A DNA stretch of 64,000 nt from a virus (taxonomy: Duplodnaviria > Caudoviricetes), in the IMG/VR virus record IMGVR_UViG_3300028591_000094, positions 96,001 through 160,000 of that record. One strand, written 5' to 3'. The notes under the pieces were generated by a model. It saw nothing but the letters and a program-made list of their open reading frames with translations. It searched no databases and was not told the DNA's origin. A program made the translations under genes and the position numbers. Below, piece after piece: positions 1-9,631 of this stretch. Numbering within the stretch: position 1 is the first letter of the stretch; each line of letters begins with the position of its first letter.

Positions 1-153
1 TTCAGTTAGTGTTGTTCCGACGTTTTCGTTAATGAATTCATCCGCCACGCTCGACGTTGTCTCGGTTTTCTTTGTTGTTTTCTTGGCTGGTGTTTTTGGT
101 GTAACCTTCTTGCTTGCAGGTTTCGCTTCCTTTTTTGATTTTGTTGTTGCCAT
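1..153 (-). CDS. Partial hypothetical protein with Lys/Thr/Pro-rich N-terminus (runs off the window)
   Basis: ATG at 153; translates MATTKSKKEAKPASKKVTPKTPAKKTTKKTET..., open to position 1; ATATTTAT motif at 162-169. Confidence 0.75.
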   Translation of the reverse strand, partial: MATTKSKKEAKPASKKVTPKTPAKKTTKKTETTSSVADEFINENVGTTLTE

Positions 154-187
154 GTTCTTTAATAAATATTAAATAATTATTTTTTTC

Positions 188-892
188 TTAGTATAAGTCC
201 TTGAATTCAGCATACGATTTATTTGTCATAGCCTTGAACTGAAGTTTCTCAATTCCAGTGTCTTTGATTTGACGTACACGCTCGGGGGTTAGGTTGATTT
301 CCTTACTGATTTCCTCCAATGTTTGTTCGGGGGCGCCGTTCAATCCGAAATATGCCTGCAGAACTCTGTATTCACGTTTGTTCAAACAGGACAGAAGTTC
401 GTTGATTGCGTTGTTTCTCCCCTGTGCCTTGCTGACCTCTTCCTCGAAGTCGTAGTTGATGGTGTCAACATTGTTCGTCTCATCATCAAAGATGTAATCT
501 TCCATGTTGGTGAATTCCTTGTCATACCCACTGCTGTCAATATACGATTTGATTGCCTGGGTAATCCACCAACGAGCATAAGTGATAAACTTGGTTCCCT
601 TGCTCGGGTCGAATTTTTTCGCGGCGGTCATCAAACCGATATTCCCTTCTGACACCAAGTCATATACAGGAAGACCGCACCAAGCGAATTGCTTGGCAAC
701 GGTCACTACGTATTTGAGGTTGGCAGTCACGAGTTCATTCAGGGCATCTTCATCACCCTCCTTTATTTTCATGGCAAGTTCGCGTTCCTTTTCACGCGAC
801 AACCCTTTACTGTGTTTTATCACATCACAATAATTCGCTAAATCAGTCAAATTGCTTTCATCATACATCATTTTTATGAAACATATATTCAC
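188..892 (-). CDS. Phage-encoded sigma70-family RNA polymerase sigma factor (start may be ATG 871/868)
   Basis: Region 2 LVTANLKYVVTVAKQF...DLVSEGNIGLMTAAKKFDP...KFITYARWWITQAI; region 4 TLEEISKEINLTPERVRQI. Confidence 0.93.
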   Translation of the reverse strand: MNICFIKMMYDESNLTDLANYCDVIKHSKGLSREKERELAMKIKEGDEDALNELVTANLKYVVTVAKQFAWCGLPVYDLVSEGNIGLMTAAKKFDPSKGTKFITYARWWITQAIKSYIDSSGYDKEFTNMEDYIFDDETNNVDTINYDFEEEVSKAQGRNNAINELLSCLNKREYRVLQAYFGLNGAPEQTLEEISKEINLTPERVRQIKDTGIEKLQFKAMTNKSYAEFKDLY

Positions 893-925
893 TTATTCTA
901 AATATATAGTTGATTTTCAAAAATA

Positions 926-3346
926 TCACTTGATTTTTGAAACATTGTTGACTTTTGTAACAGTGATTCTACCCCCATCATGCCAGTCAGCAATATCCTC
1001 GTTGTGAGTTATGTTCAAGATGAAGTCATAGTTAGCCACAATGCGCTTGAATATCTCATGCACGTTCTCGAGATTGCTGGCGGCTGTCTGACCAAGAACC
1101 TCGTCGGTGCAGAGGAAGTTGGGTTTAGACATGGTGCTGATACTCGCCAGAGCTGAACGCAACGCCAGGGATGCCATAGTTTCTTCAAAACCTGAGCCAG
1201 CAATAGCCAAGTCCATCTTGACACCGTCTCGGCTCATATTAATGTTGACGTTGTTCTTGTCATCAATCTCCAACTTTACCTCGAAGTCACAGAGACCGTT
1301 CAATATGCGGGCAATCTCGTTGTTGAGTATTGGAAGGGCTTTCTTCAAGACCAACTTGACAATACCATTCTTGCCCACAAGTTCCTGATAGACCGCCCAA
1401 TTGCGCTTTGTCTTTTCCTCCTCAACCAGTTTGTCTATTTTTTGCTGGCACTCCTTGATTTGCGCGTTGTAACGCTCAATATCTTTCTTATATCCAGCAA
1501 TCTCACCAATCTTGGCGTTTACTATGCTGCGTTCGTTGGCTATGGTTTGGTTGATATTGGTAATGTCACGGTTGACCTGGTTATTGTGTGCTATGTTTTC
1601 CTTGTTCTGTTCAATACTAGCGAGAGTCTCCTTGTTTTTGGTGATTTCAAGGCTCAGTTTGTCAATATTAATCTGCAAAGCATCGCGCTTGTTTTCTATC
1701 TGAGCTTTTCGCGTAACAGTTCTCTGGTTTTCAGCCAGTTCCTTTAATTTAGATTCGCATTCATCCAGAGCTTTCTTGTTAGCGGTATCCCTCTCGACCA
1801 CCTTGCAATCCTCAATCTCTTTTTTGATAGCGTCCATGCTCTTCTGAAGTTCCTGAATATGATGGTCATGAAACTCACCGTCAAGCTTTTGACCGCAAGT
1901 GGGGCATATGCCTTGTTCAAACAGTTTCATAGCCTTGGTTTTCTGCTCTTTCACGGCATTGAAACGTCCTCTAAAATCCGCCTGTTCACTTACTATACAT
2001 TCCTTTTCTTTCTGTAGTCTCTTCTTTTCCGCTTCGACAGTGTTTTTATCGTTCTCATCGTAAGTGACATTCTTTATTTTGTTATATTCAAAGTTGAGCT
2101 GAGCAATTTCACCTTGTTTTACCTGTATTGTTCTTTCGGACTGTTCAATATTGTTCTTAACTGTTGTAACATCAATGGTGTCGAGATTGTCTGCTATCGG
2201 TTTGAGGTCTTTCCGTCTAGCCTCCATTTTTTGTGTCAATTCCTCAATGTTTTTGCTAGCTGTTGCCTGTAACTCCTCTGCCTGGGTTATTTTTGTGTTG
2301 GTATCCTCGATAACTATATTATAGTCGTTGATATTATCTTTCAACTCAGCCTGGTTGTATGTGTTCGACAGCAACTTTGATTGGTAGTTGTTTTTCCACA
2401 GTTTTTTGGCTATCTCTTCCTTTTCCTCGAGAGTTTGCAAACCCAGCCAGCGTGAATACAAACGACCACGGTCTGTCACGCCCATTCTGAGCAGACTGCC
2501 GAGACTATACTGTGTCGCCGAGATAACCAAGTTAAAGTCGTTAACATCGCCGACGGCTTCTTTGATAATATTGTTTGTCTGGGTTGTACTTTCGCCCTCA
2601 CAGTTTTCAATGAGTTCGAGATTGTCGCCAGTCTTCCTGTAATATTCCAGGGTCTGCTTGCATTTGCTCTTCTCGGTACGTTTCTTAAGAGCAGGTCTGG
2701 ATATCGTGCGGCGGATGACATAGTCGATTCCATCAATCTCAATCCCAGCCTCAACAACAACCTCCGTTGCCTCTGGCAGATACTTGTTGAATACACTGTC
2801 AAGCGTTGGGGATTTTTCAGCTTTACCAAACAAGGCAAATCTTAAGAGGTCGATGGCAAATGTGGTTTTACCACCCTGGTTAGCTGGTTCACTGTTCAAA
2901 AGCACAAGACCGTGCAGTTTGGAAAAATCGAAATAGTTATCTGGACCGTAGCTCAGATAGTTCGACCACTTGACATACTTGAACTTATAGTTCTTGTACT
3001 TAGAGTATTGGTCAAAGTTAATATATGAATTAACCTGATTATCGATTACATCCAAATCCTTCCAATCAACATCAGTGATTTTCTGAAGACTTAAATAATC
3101 CTGCATCAGGCTTTTCTGGAACCCAGCATCCTGGATATTATTAATGATGTCTGCAGCCAGTGATATCTTGTTTCCATCCTCGTCAACTGTAACTGGCTTG
3201 AATTCCACGTCCACATGGGTTATCGGCAGTCCGTACTTGGCTGCGATTTCATGTTTTAGTGTCTTGAGTTTCTCTTTGTCGTTGTAAACCTGAGGCATTG
3301 AAACCTCGACGACTATCCTGTCTGTCTTTAAGATGTTGTTTACCAT
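926..3346 (-). CDS. sbcC: SbcC/Rad50 (gp46-like) ATPase with ~118-aa N-terminal extension
   Basis: SNYLSYG, Walker A NQGGKTT, coiled coil with CPTC zinc hook, signature GSGFE, Walker B LCTDE, ITH loop. Confidence 0.93.
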   Translation of the reverse strand: MVNNILKTDRIVVEVSMPQVYNDKEKLKTLKHEIAAKYGLPITHVDVEFKPVTVDEDGNKISLAADIINNIQDAGFQKSLMQDYLSLQKITDVDWKDLDVIDNQVNSYINFDQYSKYKNYKFKYVKWSNYLSYGPDNYFDFSKLHGLVLLNSEPANQGGKTTFAIDLLRFALFGKAEKSPTLDSVFNKYLPEATEVVVEAGIEIDGIDYVIRRTISRPALKKRTEKSKCKQTLEYYRKTGDNLELIENCEGESTTQTNNIIKEAVGDVNDFNLVISATQYSLGSLLRMGVTDRGRLYSRWLGLQTLEEKEEIAKKLWKNNYQSKLLSNTYNQAELKDNINDYNIVIEDTNTKITQAEELQATASKNIEELTQKMEARRKDLKPIADNLDTIDVTTVKNNIEQSERTIQVKQGEIAQLNFEYNKIKNVTYDENDKNTVEAEKKRLQKEKECIVSEQADFRGRFNAVKEQKTKAMKLFEQGICPTCGQKLDGEFHDHHIQELQKSMDAIKKEIEDCKVVERDTANKKALDECESKLKELAENQRTVTRKAQIENKRDALQINIDKLSLEITKNKETLASIEQNKENIAHNNQVNRDITNINQTIANERSIVNAKIGEIAGYKKDIERYNAQIKECQQKIDKLVEEEKTKRNWAVYQELVGKNGIVKLVLKKALPILNNEIARILNGLCDFEVKLEIDDKNNVNINMSRDGVKMDLAIAGSGFEETMASLALRSALASISTMSKPNFLCTDEVLGQTAASNLENVHEIFKRIVANYDFILNITHNEDIADWHDGGRITVTKVNNVSKIK

Positions 3347-3351
3347 ATATT

Positions 3352-3362
3352 ATTAATATACG
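3352..3362 (-). promoter_or_regulatory. CGTATATTAAT putative early/middle promoter
   Basis: Recurs at 4791, 5723(+), 36609, 41371 and 43429, always upstream of a gene in the sense orientation. Confidence 0.7.
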
Positions 3363-3368
3363 AAAAAA

Positions 3369-3433
3369 TTGCGAACATTTTCCGAAATAGTACAAATTTT
3401 TGCAAATATTTCGGAGTTGTGCGCAAATTTTTG
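3369..3433. repeat. Imperfect inverted repeat plus 11-bp direct repeat upstream of sbcC
   Basis: tccgaaata (3381)...tatttcgga (3407) flanked by ttgcg/cgcaa; caaatttttgc at 3393 and 3423. Confidence 0.6.
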
Positions 3434-3453
3434 CTATCAACTAACCATTTCGG

Positions 3454-3789
3454 CTATTTCGAGGCTAAAACCTTAGTTTTACGTTTCGGTTTTTCCTCTG
3501 TCGGCGTCTCTGATGGCTGTTGGTCTGTGTTTTCTTTCAATTCAACAACTGGGGGCTCTGGCTTTGGTGTGCTCTCGGTCTTCTTTTTTGTGGTGGTCTT
3601 GCGCTTCGGCTTCTCTTCCTCGGTTGGCTTTGGAACAAGTTTGTCGTTCAGGTCACCGTATTTATCCAGGTTAAATTTGTCCCGAAACGCCTTTACTATG
3701 TATTTCTGCATGTCGGTCTCGGTCATGTTGTTGGCTTGCGCCCACATCCGAAAATCGTTATAAAGTCTGTCTTCTATCTCTATGGTCAT
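3454..3789 (-). CDS. Hypothetical protein, possible RHH-like N-terminus and K/T/P/E-rich tail
   Basis: 111-aa ORF in tight operon; duplicated PTEE(E)KPKRKT motif. Confidence 0.75.
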   Translation of the reverse strand: MTIEIEDRLYNDFRMWAQANNMTETDMQKYIVKAFRDKFNLDKYGDLNDKLVPKPTEEEKPKRKTTTKKKTESTPKPEPPVVELKENTDQQPSETPTEEKPKRKTKVLASK

Positions 3790-3791
3790 TG

Positions 3792-4787
3792 TTATAACAT
3801 GTTTAATTCAAAATCAGTTAGTTTTCTTGCGCGACGCATCAATGATACGATACCTTTGGCTCCGTAATCCTTGTAATAGTCCGAAGCGTCATACCCATCA
3901 GGGCATTCTATGACTCTTACCATCCCAGGAAATGTATTATTAAGGAATTTATACATTTTATATGCGTCGGATATTGCATCATCGTCCAGGAAGATGTTGA
4001 TTGTAGAATGCACCCTTGCAACCAGCTGTTTGTACACCTCGCACTGTTCATCCAGGGTTTTGCCCAACAGTGGTATTGAGTTTGGTACCACAATATGGTC
4101 GAACGGTCCTTCCACCAGAGTTATGGGCTCATACCAGTTTATAAGGTATTCATTGAACACTATACTCTTTTTGTCAACCAATGGATTGTATATCTTTGTC
4201 CAGCCCTCACCAGTGTAATCTCTAGCTATCCAGTAGTTCAAATCGCCGTATGCGTTATATGACGGAATGACAATTCTATTCGAATATTTTCCATGATAGC
4301 TTCCAATGTAACCTATATTGAACTTGGATATAATATCATCCGTTACACCTCTTTTATACAAATATTCCAATGCTCTCAGACACTTCACATCATCATCCGC
4401 GATTAACCTGAAACCTTTCGGCAGTTCCAATGTTTCGTCGCTAAGCAGATTGTCGATAGCCTCCTTTGTTGACCCCGACAAGGTAAACATTTGTGTCTCT
4501 TTGATAGCATTCAGTTCCTCCTTGTATTCAGCCACATCAAGCGGAGTTCCGTATGTCTTGATAACCCTGGCGAGTTTGCCGTGGTATCCACACCGCCAAC
4601 AGTGACCCCACAAACCATCCTCGCTAATCTGAACCGCAAAGTTGTATTTGTTGTCCACCTGACCCTTTTCATCAGCACAGCACGGGCAGTTGTATTCATA
4701 CCATCCCCCACTGCCACTATAGTCACGCTTGGGCGTACCGAGGACGTTGTCAAGAATATGTTTTATATTGTCGAAACTATCGTTCAC
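3792..4787 (-). CDS. dnaG: DNA primase (zinc finger + TOPRIM)
   Basis: CPCC...HCWRC zinc finger; EYLYKRG, RIVIP, LVEGPFD, FLDDDA motifs. Confidence 0.9.
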   Translation of the reverse strand: MNDSFDNIKHILDNVLGTPKRDYSGSGGWYEYNCPCCADEKGQVDNKYNFAVQISEDGLWGHCWRCGYHGKLARVIKTYGTPLDVAEYKEELNAIKETQMFTLSGSTKEAIDNLLSDETLELPKGFRLIADDDVKCLRALEYLYKRGVTDDIISKFNIGYIGSYHGKYSNRIVIPSYNAYGDLNYWIARDYTGEGWTKIYNPLVDKKSIVFNEYLINWYEPITLVEGPFDHIVVPNSIPLLGKTLDEQCEVYKQLVARVHSTINIFLDDDAISDAYKMYKFLNNTFPGMVRVIECPDGYDASDYYKDYGAKGIVSLMRRARKLTDFELNML

Positions 4788-4790
4788 AGT

Positions 4791-4801
4791 ATTAATATAC
4801 G
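4791..4801 (-). promoter_or_regulatory. CGTATATTAAT putative promoter, 3 nt before the primase GTG
   Basis: Exact motif copy. Confidence 0.7.
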
Positions 4802-4816
4802 GAAAAAATTAAAAAG

Positions 4817-4852
4817 AAAAAGCGGGCTAACTAAAAAAACTGCCCGCTTTTT
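4817..4852. terminator. Rho-independent terminator
   Basis: aaaaagcgggc...gcccgcttttt stem with A/T tails, downstream of the ruvC-like gene. Confidence 0.75.
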
Positions 4853-4885
4853 CACAAAACTGCACAATAACTCAGCAAAACAGTT

Positions 4886-5668
4886 CTAAACTGTAATGGT
4901 CTTGGTGAAAGTCTGTCCGCAGAACTTGTATGAATATGTCACCGTCGAGCCCTCCGAACTGACGTTTGTCACCTCGGGTTCGGTGCCGTCGTACTTGAGT
5001 TTGCCAATATAGCCGAGTACGCATATCAAGCTGTCCGACGCATCGAAATTCTCCGTGCTGAGCTCATTTTTCGAGTTGTAAACCCATTGGATGCCAGGGA
5101 ACAATTCCGAAATATAATTCCACAGAATCATTTTCTTGGCACAGTCGAACGGATAGGCACCGAAAAGAACGAGTTCGTTGTTGTTGACCGCTTTCATGAT
5201 TTTCTTCATTGGATACACATCACCCTTCTTGTTGTATTTTCTGACAGCCATCAAGCTTGGAACACCGTACATTCTAGCGTCATATGACGATATAAACTCG
5301 GGAACGATACCCAAGAGGTTGTATAGTCGATAGGCAACCATGCCGTTGTATTTCAACAGGACGGCAACTGTGTTCTGGTTGTTTGAGCCGAGAAGCGGTT
5401 CCTCAATCACAATATTGGTGATTTTCGTTGTAACCGCATCGTCAACCACCTCCAGTAGATGGTTGTCTTTCAATATCTGTTCAAGTTTCTCCATGAATAA
5501 GTTACTCTTCAAGAAGAGAGCCTCGATACCTTTTATTTTGGCTGATATTTTGGGGCGCAAGTGTGTAACAAGCAACGGCTTAACTACATCGTTCTCATCC
5601 ACATATGCAATACTCACACCTGTGCAGGTGGTTGATATGTCTAATCCAAGAATTATTCTGTTATCCAT
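4886..5668 (-). CDS. RuvC-like Holliday junction resolvase
   Basis: ILGLDISTTCTG, IVIEEP and FDASDS acidic motifs of the RNase H/RuvC fold. Confidence 0.8.
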   Translation of the reverse strand: MDNRIILGLDISTTCTGVSIAYVDENDVVKPLLVTHLRPKISAKIKGIEALFLKSNLFMEKLEQILKDNHLLEVVDDAVTTKITNIVIEEPLLGSNNQNTVAVLLKYNGMVAYRLYNLLGIVPEFISSYDARMYGVPSLMAVRKYNKKGDVYPMKKIMKAVNNNELVLFGAYPFDCAKKMILWNYISELFPGIQWVYNSKNELSTENFDASDSLICVLGYIGKLKYDGTEPEVTNVSSEGSTVTYSYKFCGQTFTKTITV

Positions 5669-5722
5669 GTTTTTTTTTATAATAATTTAATCAAAATCGA
5701 TAACATTTTCAAAAAAAAAATG

Positions 5723-5733
5723 CGTATATTAAT
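5723..5733 (+). promoter_or_regulatory. CGTATATTAAT putative promoter, 5 nt before the sbcD ATG
   Basis: Exact motif, orientation flipped together with the gene. Confidence 0.72.
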
Positions 5734-5738
5734 AATGT

Positions 5739-6566
5739 ATGATAAAGAAAGTTTTACATCTGGCGGATTTGCATATCCCCAACAATTGCGACAATCGTCC
5801 TTATGAAGAAATGCTAAAGTCATTTCTCACAGAATTACATCACAATGAAATTGAAGGGTTTGACCCCGAAACCGTACGCATCGTCATTGTCGGCGATATC
5901 TTTGAAAACAAGATACGCACATCAAACGAGGCTCGCGGAATGTTCCACAAGTTTTTGAACATCTGCAACCTTTTATGTCCAACCTATCTAGTAGCGGGTA
6001 ACCATGACATGTTGGACAACAACCACGACAGAGTTGATTCTATCGCCCCGACATTTGACATTGAGGGGGTTGGATACGACAATGTGCATTATCTCGACAA
6101 GGAATGCGACTACAAGTCAGGCTACCTGGTTGATGATAACGTTGTATGGAACCTTCTTTCAAGATACAGCGACTTTTCACCCACTAATATTGCTCGAGAC
6201 CAATTCCCCGACAAACGTATCATCGGGCTTTATCACGGGGATATTGTCGGCAGTGTTACTGATACTGGAAGAATGAGTGAAAGCGGTATCGACCCGCAAT
6301 TATTTACCGAATGTGACTGCGTCATGGCTGGTCACATCCACAAATTCCAGGAAATTAAAAGAAACGGCGTACCTTTTGTTTATTCAGGTTCGGTTTTCCA
6401 ACAAAATGCTGGAGAGAACGTAACTGGTCACGGGTATGTTGTCTGGAACCTTGAGGATATGACGTATCGCCATGTCGATGTTGAGAATAAATATCGAACA
6501 TTCAAATTCAAAGTTACATCATACGATGACTTCAATAATGATGTTGAGGAATTAATCAACCTTTGA
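5739..6566 (+). CDS. sbcD: SbcD/Mre11 (gp47-like) metallophosphoesterase nuclease, catalytic domain only
   Basis: ADLH, GDIF, AGNHD, YHG, AGHIH, YSGS motifs; only plus-strand gene; overlaps the 6552 gene tail-to-tail by 15 nt. Confidence 0.9.
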   Translation: MIKKVLHLADLHIPNNCDNRPYEEMLKSFLTELHHNEIEGFDPETVRIVIVGDIFENKIRTSNEARGMFHKFLNICNLLCPTYLVAGNHDMLDNNHDRVDSIAPTFDIEGVGYDNVHYLDKECDYKSGYLVDDNVVWNLLSRYSDFSPTNIARDQFPDKRIIGLYHGDIVGSVTDTGRMSESGIDPQLFTECDCVMAGHIHKFQEIKRNGVPFVYSGSVFQQNAGENVTGHGYVVWNLEDMTYRHVDVENKYRTFKFKVTSYDDFNNDVEELINL

Positions 6567-7490
6567 AGCAGTACCGCGCTGCAATATTGTGATATCCATA
6601 AACTGCAGCGAATTGGTCTTATTAGTAAGCCTTAAAGTGCAATATCTGTCCGTAAACGGGTTGGTGGACTTAGCCTTAAGTTTTATCAACCCTGTTTTAT
6701 TGTCAACGGTTAACCATTGAGCCATCAATGAAGGCACCAATTCCCTGTTATCAATCAGTGTATATTTGGTTACAGAATCAATCCTGACATATGTAGTTGA
6801 CAGTATTTTAATAAACGCCCATTCGTTTTTGTCAACCTCAACCACCATCTTGTCGCCAATGGTGTAAGATTTGCCGTCGTATTTAAGCCATAGATGACCT
6901 ATTTTATCATTTTTGGTGACCTGGATTACCGTGATTGTCTTTTCCAGTTTGGATTCATCGTATGGTATGCTGCGGGCTTTACAATAACTAATAAAAGCGT
7001 CAGCATCCGAATGACGGATAGTGAACGTACCACTGACGTTTTGTGGGATGTGAAACAAAAAGTCATTGTATGAGTCGCTGTTGTCCCACACCATTTCGAA
7101 ATATTGCGCAATGTCTTTACACAATGGTTGTTGGGTAGGTCCACCGTAAACCGTAATATATGTGTCAAATGACGGTTTGTTCTTATATTCGTCTTCGTAT
7201 ATAACAACGTTGGCACCACACTCGACACTCAGGTCTCTATAACCTGTCTGTTTAATCTCCAATTCTATTGTATTTCCGAATTTATCAAATATTTTGACAA
7301 CACAGTCCCTGTCGCGGAAATCATATGTCTTGTCAACTGTAACATCAAGTGTGGTCATCCCCCTTTCCGTTTTCACCCAGTCGGCATCACATTTATACCC
7401 CCACGGAAGATTAGTGCCACTTATCTTAATCTTCTGTGTGTACTTGCCACCAGCCCAGTTGAATGATATTGTCTTACTCATCGTCATCAA
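6552..7490 (-). CDS. BACON-domain putative virion adhesin
   Basis: DADWV...LDVTV...RDC.VKI...IKQ and QWLTV...NPFTDRYCTLRL...ILQ match the BACON W/N/R/Q pattern. Confidence 0.65.
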   Translation of the reverse strand: MMTMSKTISFNWAGGKYTQKIKISGTNLPWGYKCDADWVKTERGMTTLDVTVDKTYDFRDRDCVVKIFDKFGNTIELEIKQTGYRDLSVECGANVVIYEDEYKNKPSFDTYITVYGGPTQQPLCKDIAQYFEMVWDNSDSYNDFLFHIPQNVSGTFTIRHSDADAFISYCKARSIPYDESKLEKTITVIQVTKNDKIGHLWLKYDGKSYTIGDKMVVEVDKNEWAFIKILSTTYVRIDSVTKYTLIDNRELVPSLMAQWLTVDNKTGLIKLKAKSTNPFTDRYCTLRLTNKTNSLQFMDITILQRGTASKVD

Positions 7491-8169
7491 AACTTATGCC
7501 GTTGTTATGAAAATCATCATATTGCACCTTGATGTCCCAGGTGCTTGTTCTATCGTTTTTGTGAAAAAGCGTTATCACGTAATACATTTGCGGATACATT
7601 GCAATCTGACCGAAATTTCTTACAAGCAAACGGTTCTTGTTAATCTTTTTCAGATATAACCCATTGTCATACGGCACCTCGCGATATTCCGTGTCGGTCG
7701 CTCGCTTAACAAACTCTTTCACTATCTTGATGCCGAAATCCTCCAAACCGCCCTCTGTTGTAACTGTTACCGTCACTGCAGTGGAATCTGCGTCGTCCTG
7801 GTCTAAAAGATTGTCGAATGTAATTTCTGTTCGGTCGGCTGATATTGGATAAACTCGCGCTTCCTGTTCGATATCCAATGTAAATTGAGCTGTATTATCT
7901 ACATTGTGAGTGAAAACCAGGCGGGCGTTCCTTGAATCGTGTCCGCAGTTTTCCTTCATTGTCAGTTTTATGTGGTTTCGGTTACGCTGGAGGTCAATCC
8001 ACTTGCTCTGGTATACATTTGAGACTGTGAAATGGTTTAACAGTTCGCTGTTGTCACACAGAACAACAATATCATATACACCCTTTTCATAGCCGCATTG
8101 GAAAAAGTGCTCTGGTGTGAAGGTGTCTATGTATGTTTCGTTCTGGAATCGTATACCTATTGTAGCCAT
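7474..8169 (-). CDS. BACON-domain putative virion protein
   Basis: SKWIDL...KENCGHDSRNARLVFT...IEQEA. Confidence 0.62.
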   Translation of the reverse strand: MATIGIRFQNETYIDTFTPEHFFQCGYEKGVYDIVVLCDNSELLNHFTVSNVYQSKWIDLQRNRNHIKLTMKENCGHDSRNARLVFTHNVDNTAQFTLDIEQEARVYPISADRTEITFDNLLDQDDADSTAVTVTVTTEGGLEDFGIKIVKEFVKRATDTEYREVPYDNGLYLKKINKNRLLVRNFGQIAMYPQMYYVITLFHKNDRTSTWDIKVQYDDFHNNGISFDDDE

Positions 8170-8182
8170 GGCTTAAAATGTG

Positions 8183-8851
8183 TTAGGGCTGGATTAGGTC
8201 GTTGTCATGGTCAAGGTCAGCAGCCGCTGGGGTGTCACCACTAATCGGGTCGACTGTCGGGGTGTTATCATCACCGTGATATGTTGGTGTTGGGGTGTCC
8301 TGATTAGAATACTGCCACACTGGGCGTAAAGTTACTGTTATTTCATTTTCACCGTCAGCCCAAAATGTGTCATTCACGTTTACAGTTGGATACACCGTAT
8401 CATCTGAACGATACCAGCCCAAGAAGGTGATACCTTCAGATGGAACAATTTGTGGATAGTGAGCCTCAGTAATGTTTGCTCCTTGTTGCAAGTAAAGGGT
8501 TGCTTCAACTGACGATGGTGTTTGTCCGTTGAGAAATACAACCTTAGCCAGTGGAGTTATTTCAGGACTAGCTTGATAGTAAATCCGATACGCAGCCGCT
8601 TCAGGTATACGTTCTGGGGTTACACCAGTTAATGTGCGTCTTTTGTATCCATCTATTATATTCCCTTCATTATCATGTGTGTGGTATAACGCATCATTAT
8701 CAGAAAATTCCAACGGGACTTCTAATTGATACGCCTCTTGCCAGTCATACCTCTGTTGAATGCAACTATCTCCAAGCAACATGGTGCTTGTACTTTTTAA
8801 TATTATTCGAAATTCGGTGCTACCCGTTAAATTATCCAACGCTCGTCTCAT
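8183..8851 (-). CDS. Putative structural protein with InlB B-repeat (Listeria-Bacteroides repeat) domain
   Basis: KVVFLNG...GITFLGWY...VTLRPVW. Confidence 0.6.
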   Translation of the reverse strand: MRRALDNLTGSTEFRIILKSTSTMLLGDSCIQQRYDWQEAYQLEVPLEFSDNDALYHTHDNEGNIIDGYKRRTLTGVTPERIPEAAAYRIYYQASPEITPLAKVVFLNGQTPSSVEATLYLQQGANITEAHYPQIVPSEGITFLGWYRSDDTVYPTVNVNDTFWADGENEITVTLRPVWQYSNQDTPTPTYHGDDNTPTVDPISGDTPAAADLDHDNDLIQP

Positions 8852-8872
8852 ATTTATTCTATTTTTTTTTAG

Positions 8873-9628
8873 TTATTCAACAATTTCAAGTATAATATTT
8901 TCAACCTCAGGACTGTAGTCAACATCCAGTGTCCATAATGGTGTGTTTTCTTCCACTGTTAATTCTGTAATATTTTCGTCCCCGTCCACAATCACGGAGT
9001 ATGTCGGGTCGGGTACTATCGGTGTGAAGAAAGCTGTCAAACTCATGTTACCCGTCACAATAATTTCATGTTCCTGAGCCCCAAAATCACTCCAATAGGC
9101 AAACTTATATCCTTCATTCGGAATGGCGTTCACTATGACGGTTGTGCCATATTCGACGGTTGCTGTTGCTTCATCACCATCTATTTGGGTTACACCGCTC
9201 TCAACGGGACTGACAACGGTAGCGACGGTGTATTCCTTGGGTTCCCATACAGCTGTCAGTGTAATATTCTCAGTTGGTGTGTAAGGAAACTCCACCAACT
9301 CATACTCTTCACTCTCTTCCTCCAACGGCAACGCCCAGCCAATGAAATCATATCCGTCCTGAATGGTTATCGGCGCGGACTCTACATATGTACCCCTTGC
9401 CACTAATCTGTCGCCTACGTCAGTACCGCCGTTACTATCAAAACTCACGACTATATAAGTGCTGGCACCACCGTCACAGGCGCATAAATTGTCCCTGATA
9501 TATTCAGCATAATTTTCAAAACACTCACCATCACATATCAAAGTAGCCCCGTACGCCTCATTGATTGCTGTCGCTATATCTTTTTTTATATCACTAATTT
9601 GATTTATTAAATCAATTACTGTTGCCAT
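8873..9628 (-). CDS. Putative fibre-associated protein with two InlB B-repeat-type domains
   Basis: VSFDSNGG...GYDFIGW...ITLTAVW and YGTTVIVNAIPNEGYKFAYWSD...SLTAFF; N-terminal INQISDIKKDIATAI helix. Confidence 0.72.
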   Translation of the reverse strand: MATVIDLINQISDIKKDIATAINEAYGATLICDGECFENYAEYIRDNLCACDGGASTYIVVSFDSNGGTDVGDRLVARGTYVESAPITIQDGYDFIGWALPLEEESEEYELVEFPYTPTENITLTAVWEPKEYTVATVVSPVESGVTQIDGDEATATVEYGTTVIVNAIPNEGYKFAYWSDFGAQEHEIIVTGNMSLTAFFTPIVPDPTYSVIVDGDENITELTVEENTPLWTLDVDYSPEVENIILEIVE

Positions 9629-9631
9629 AGT

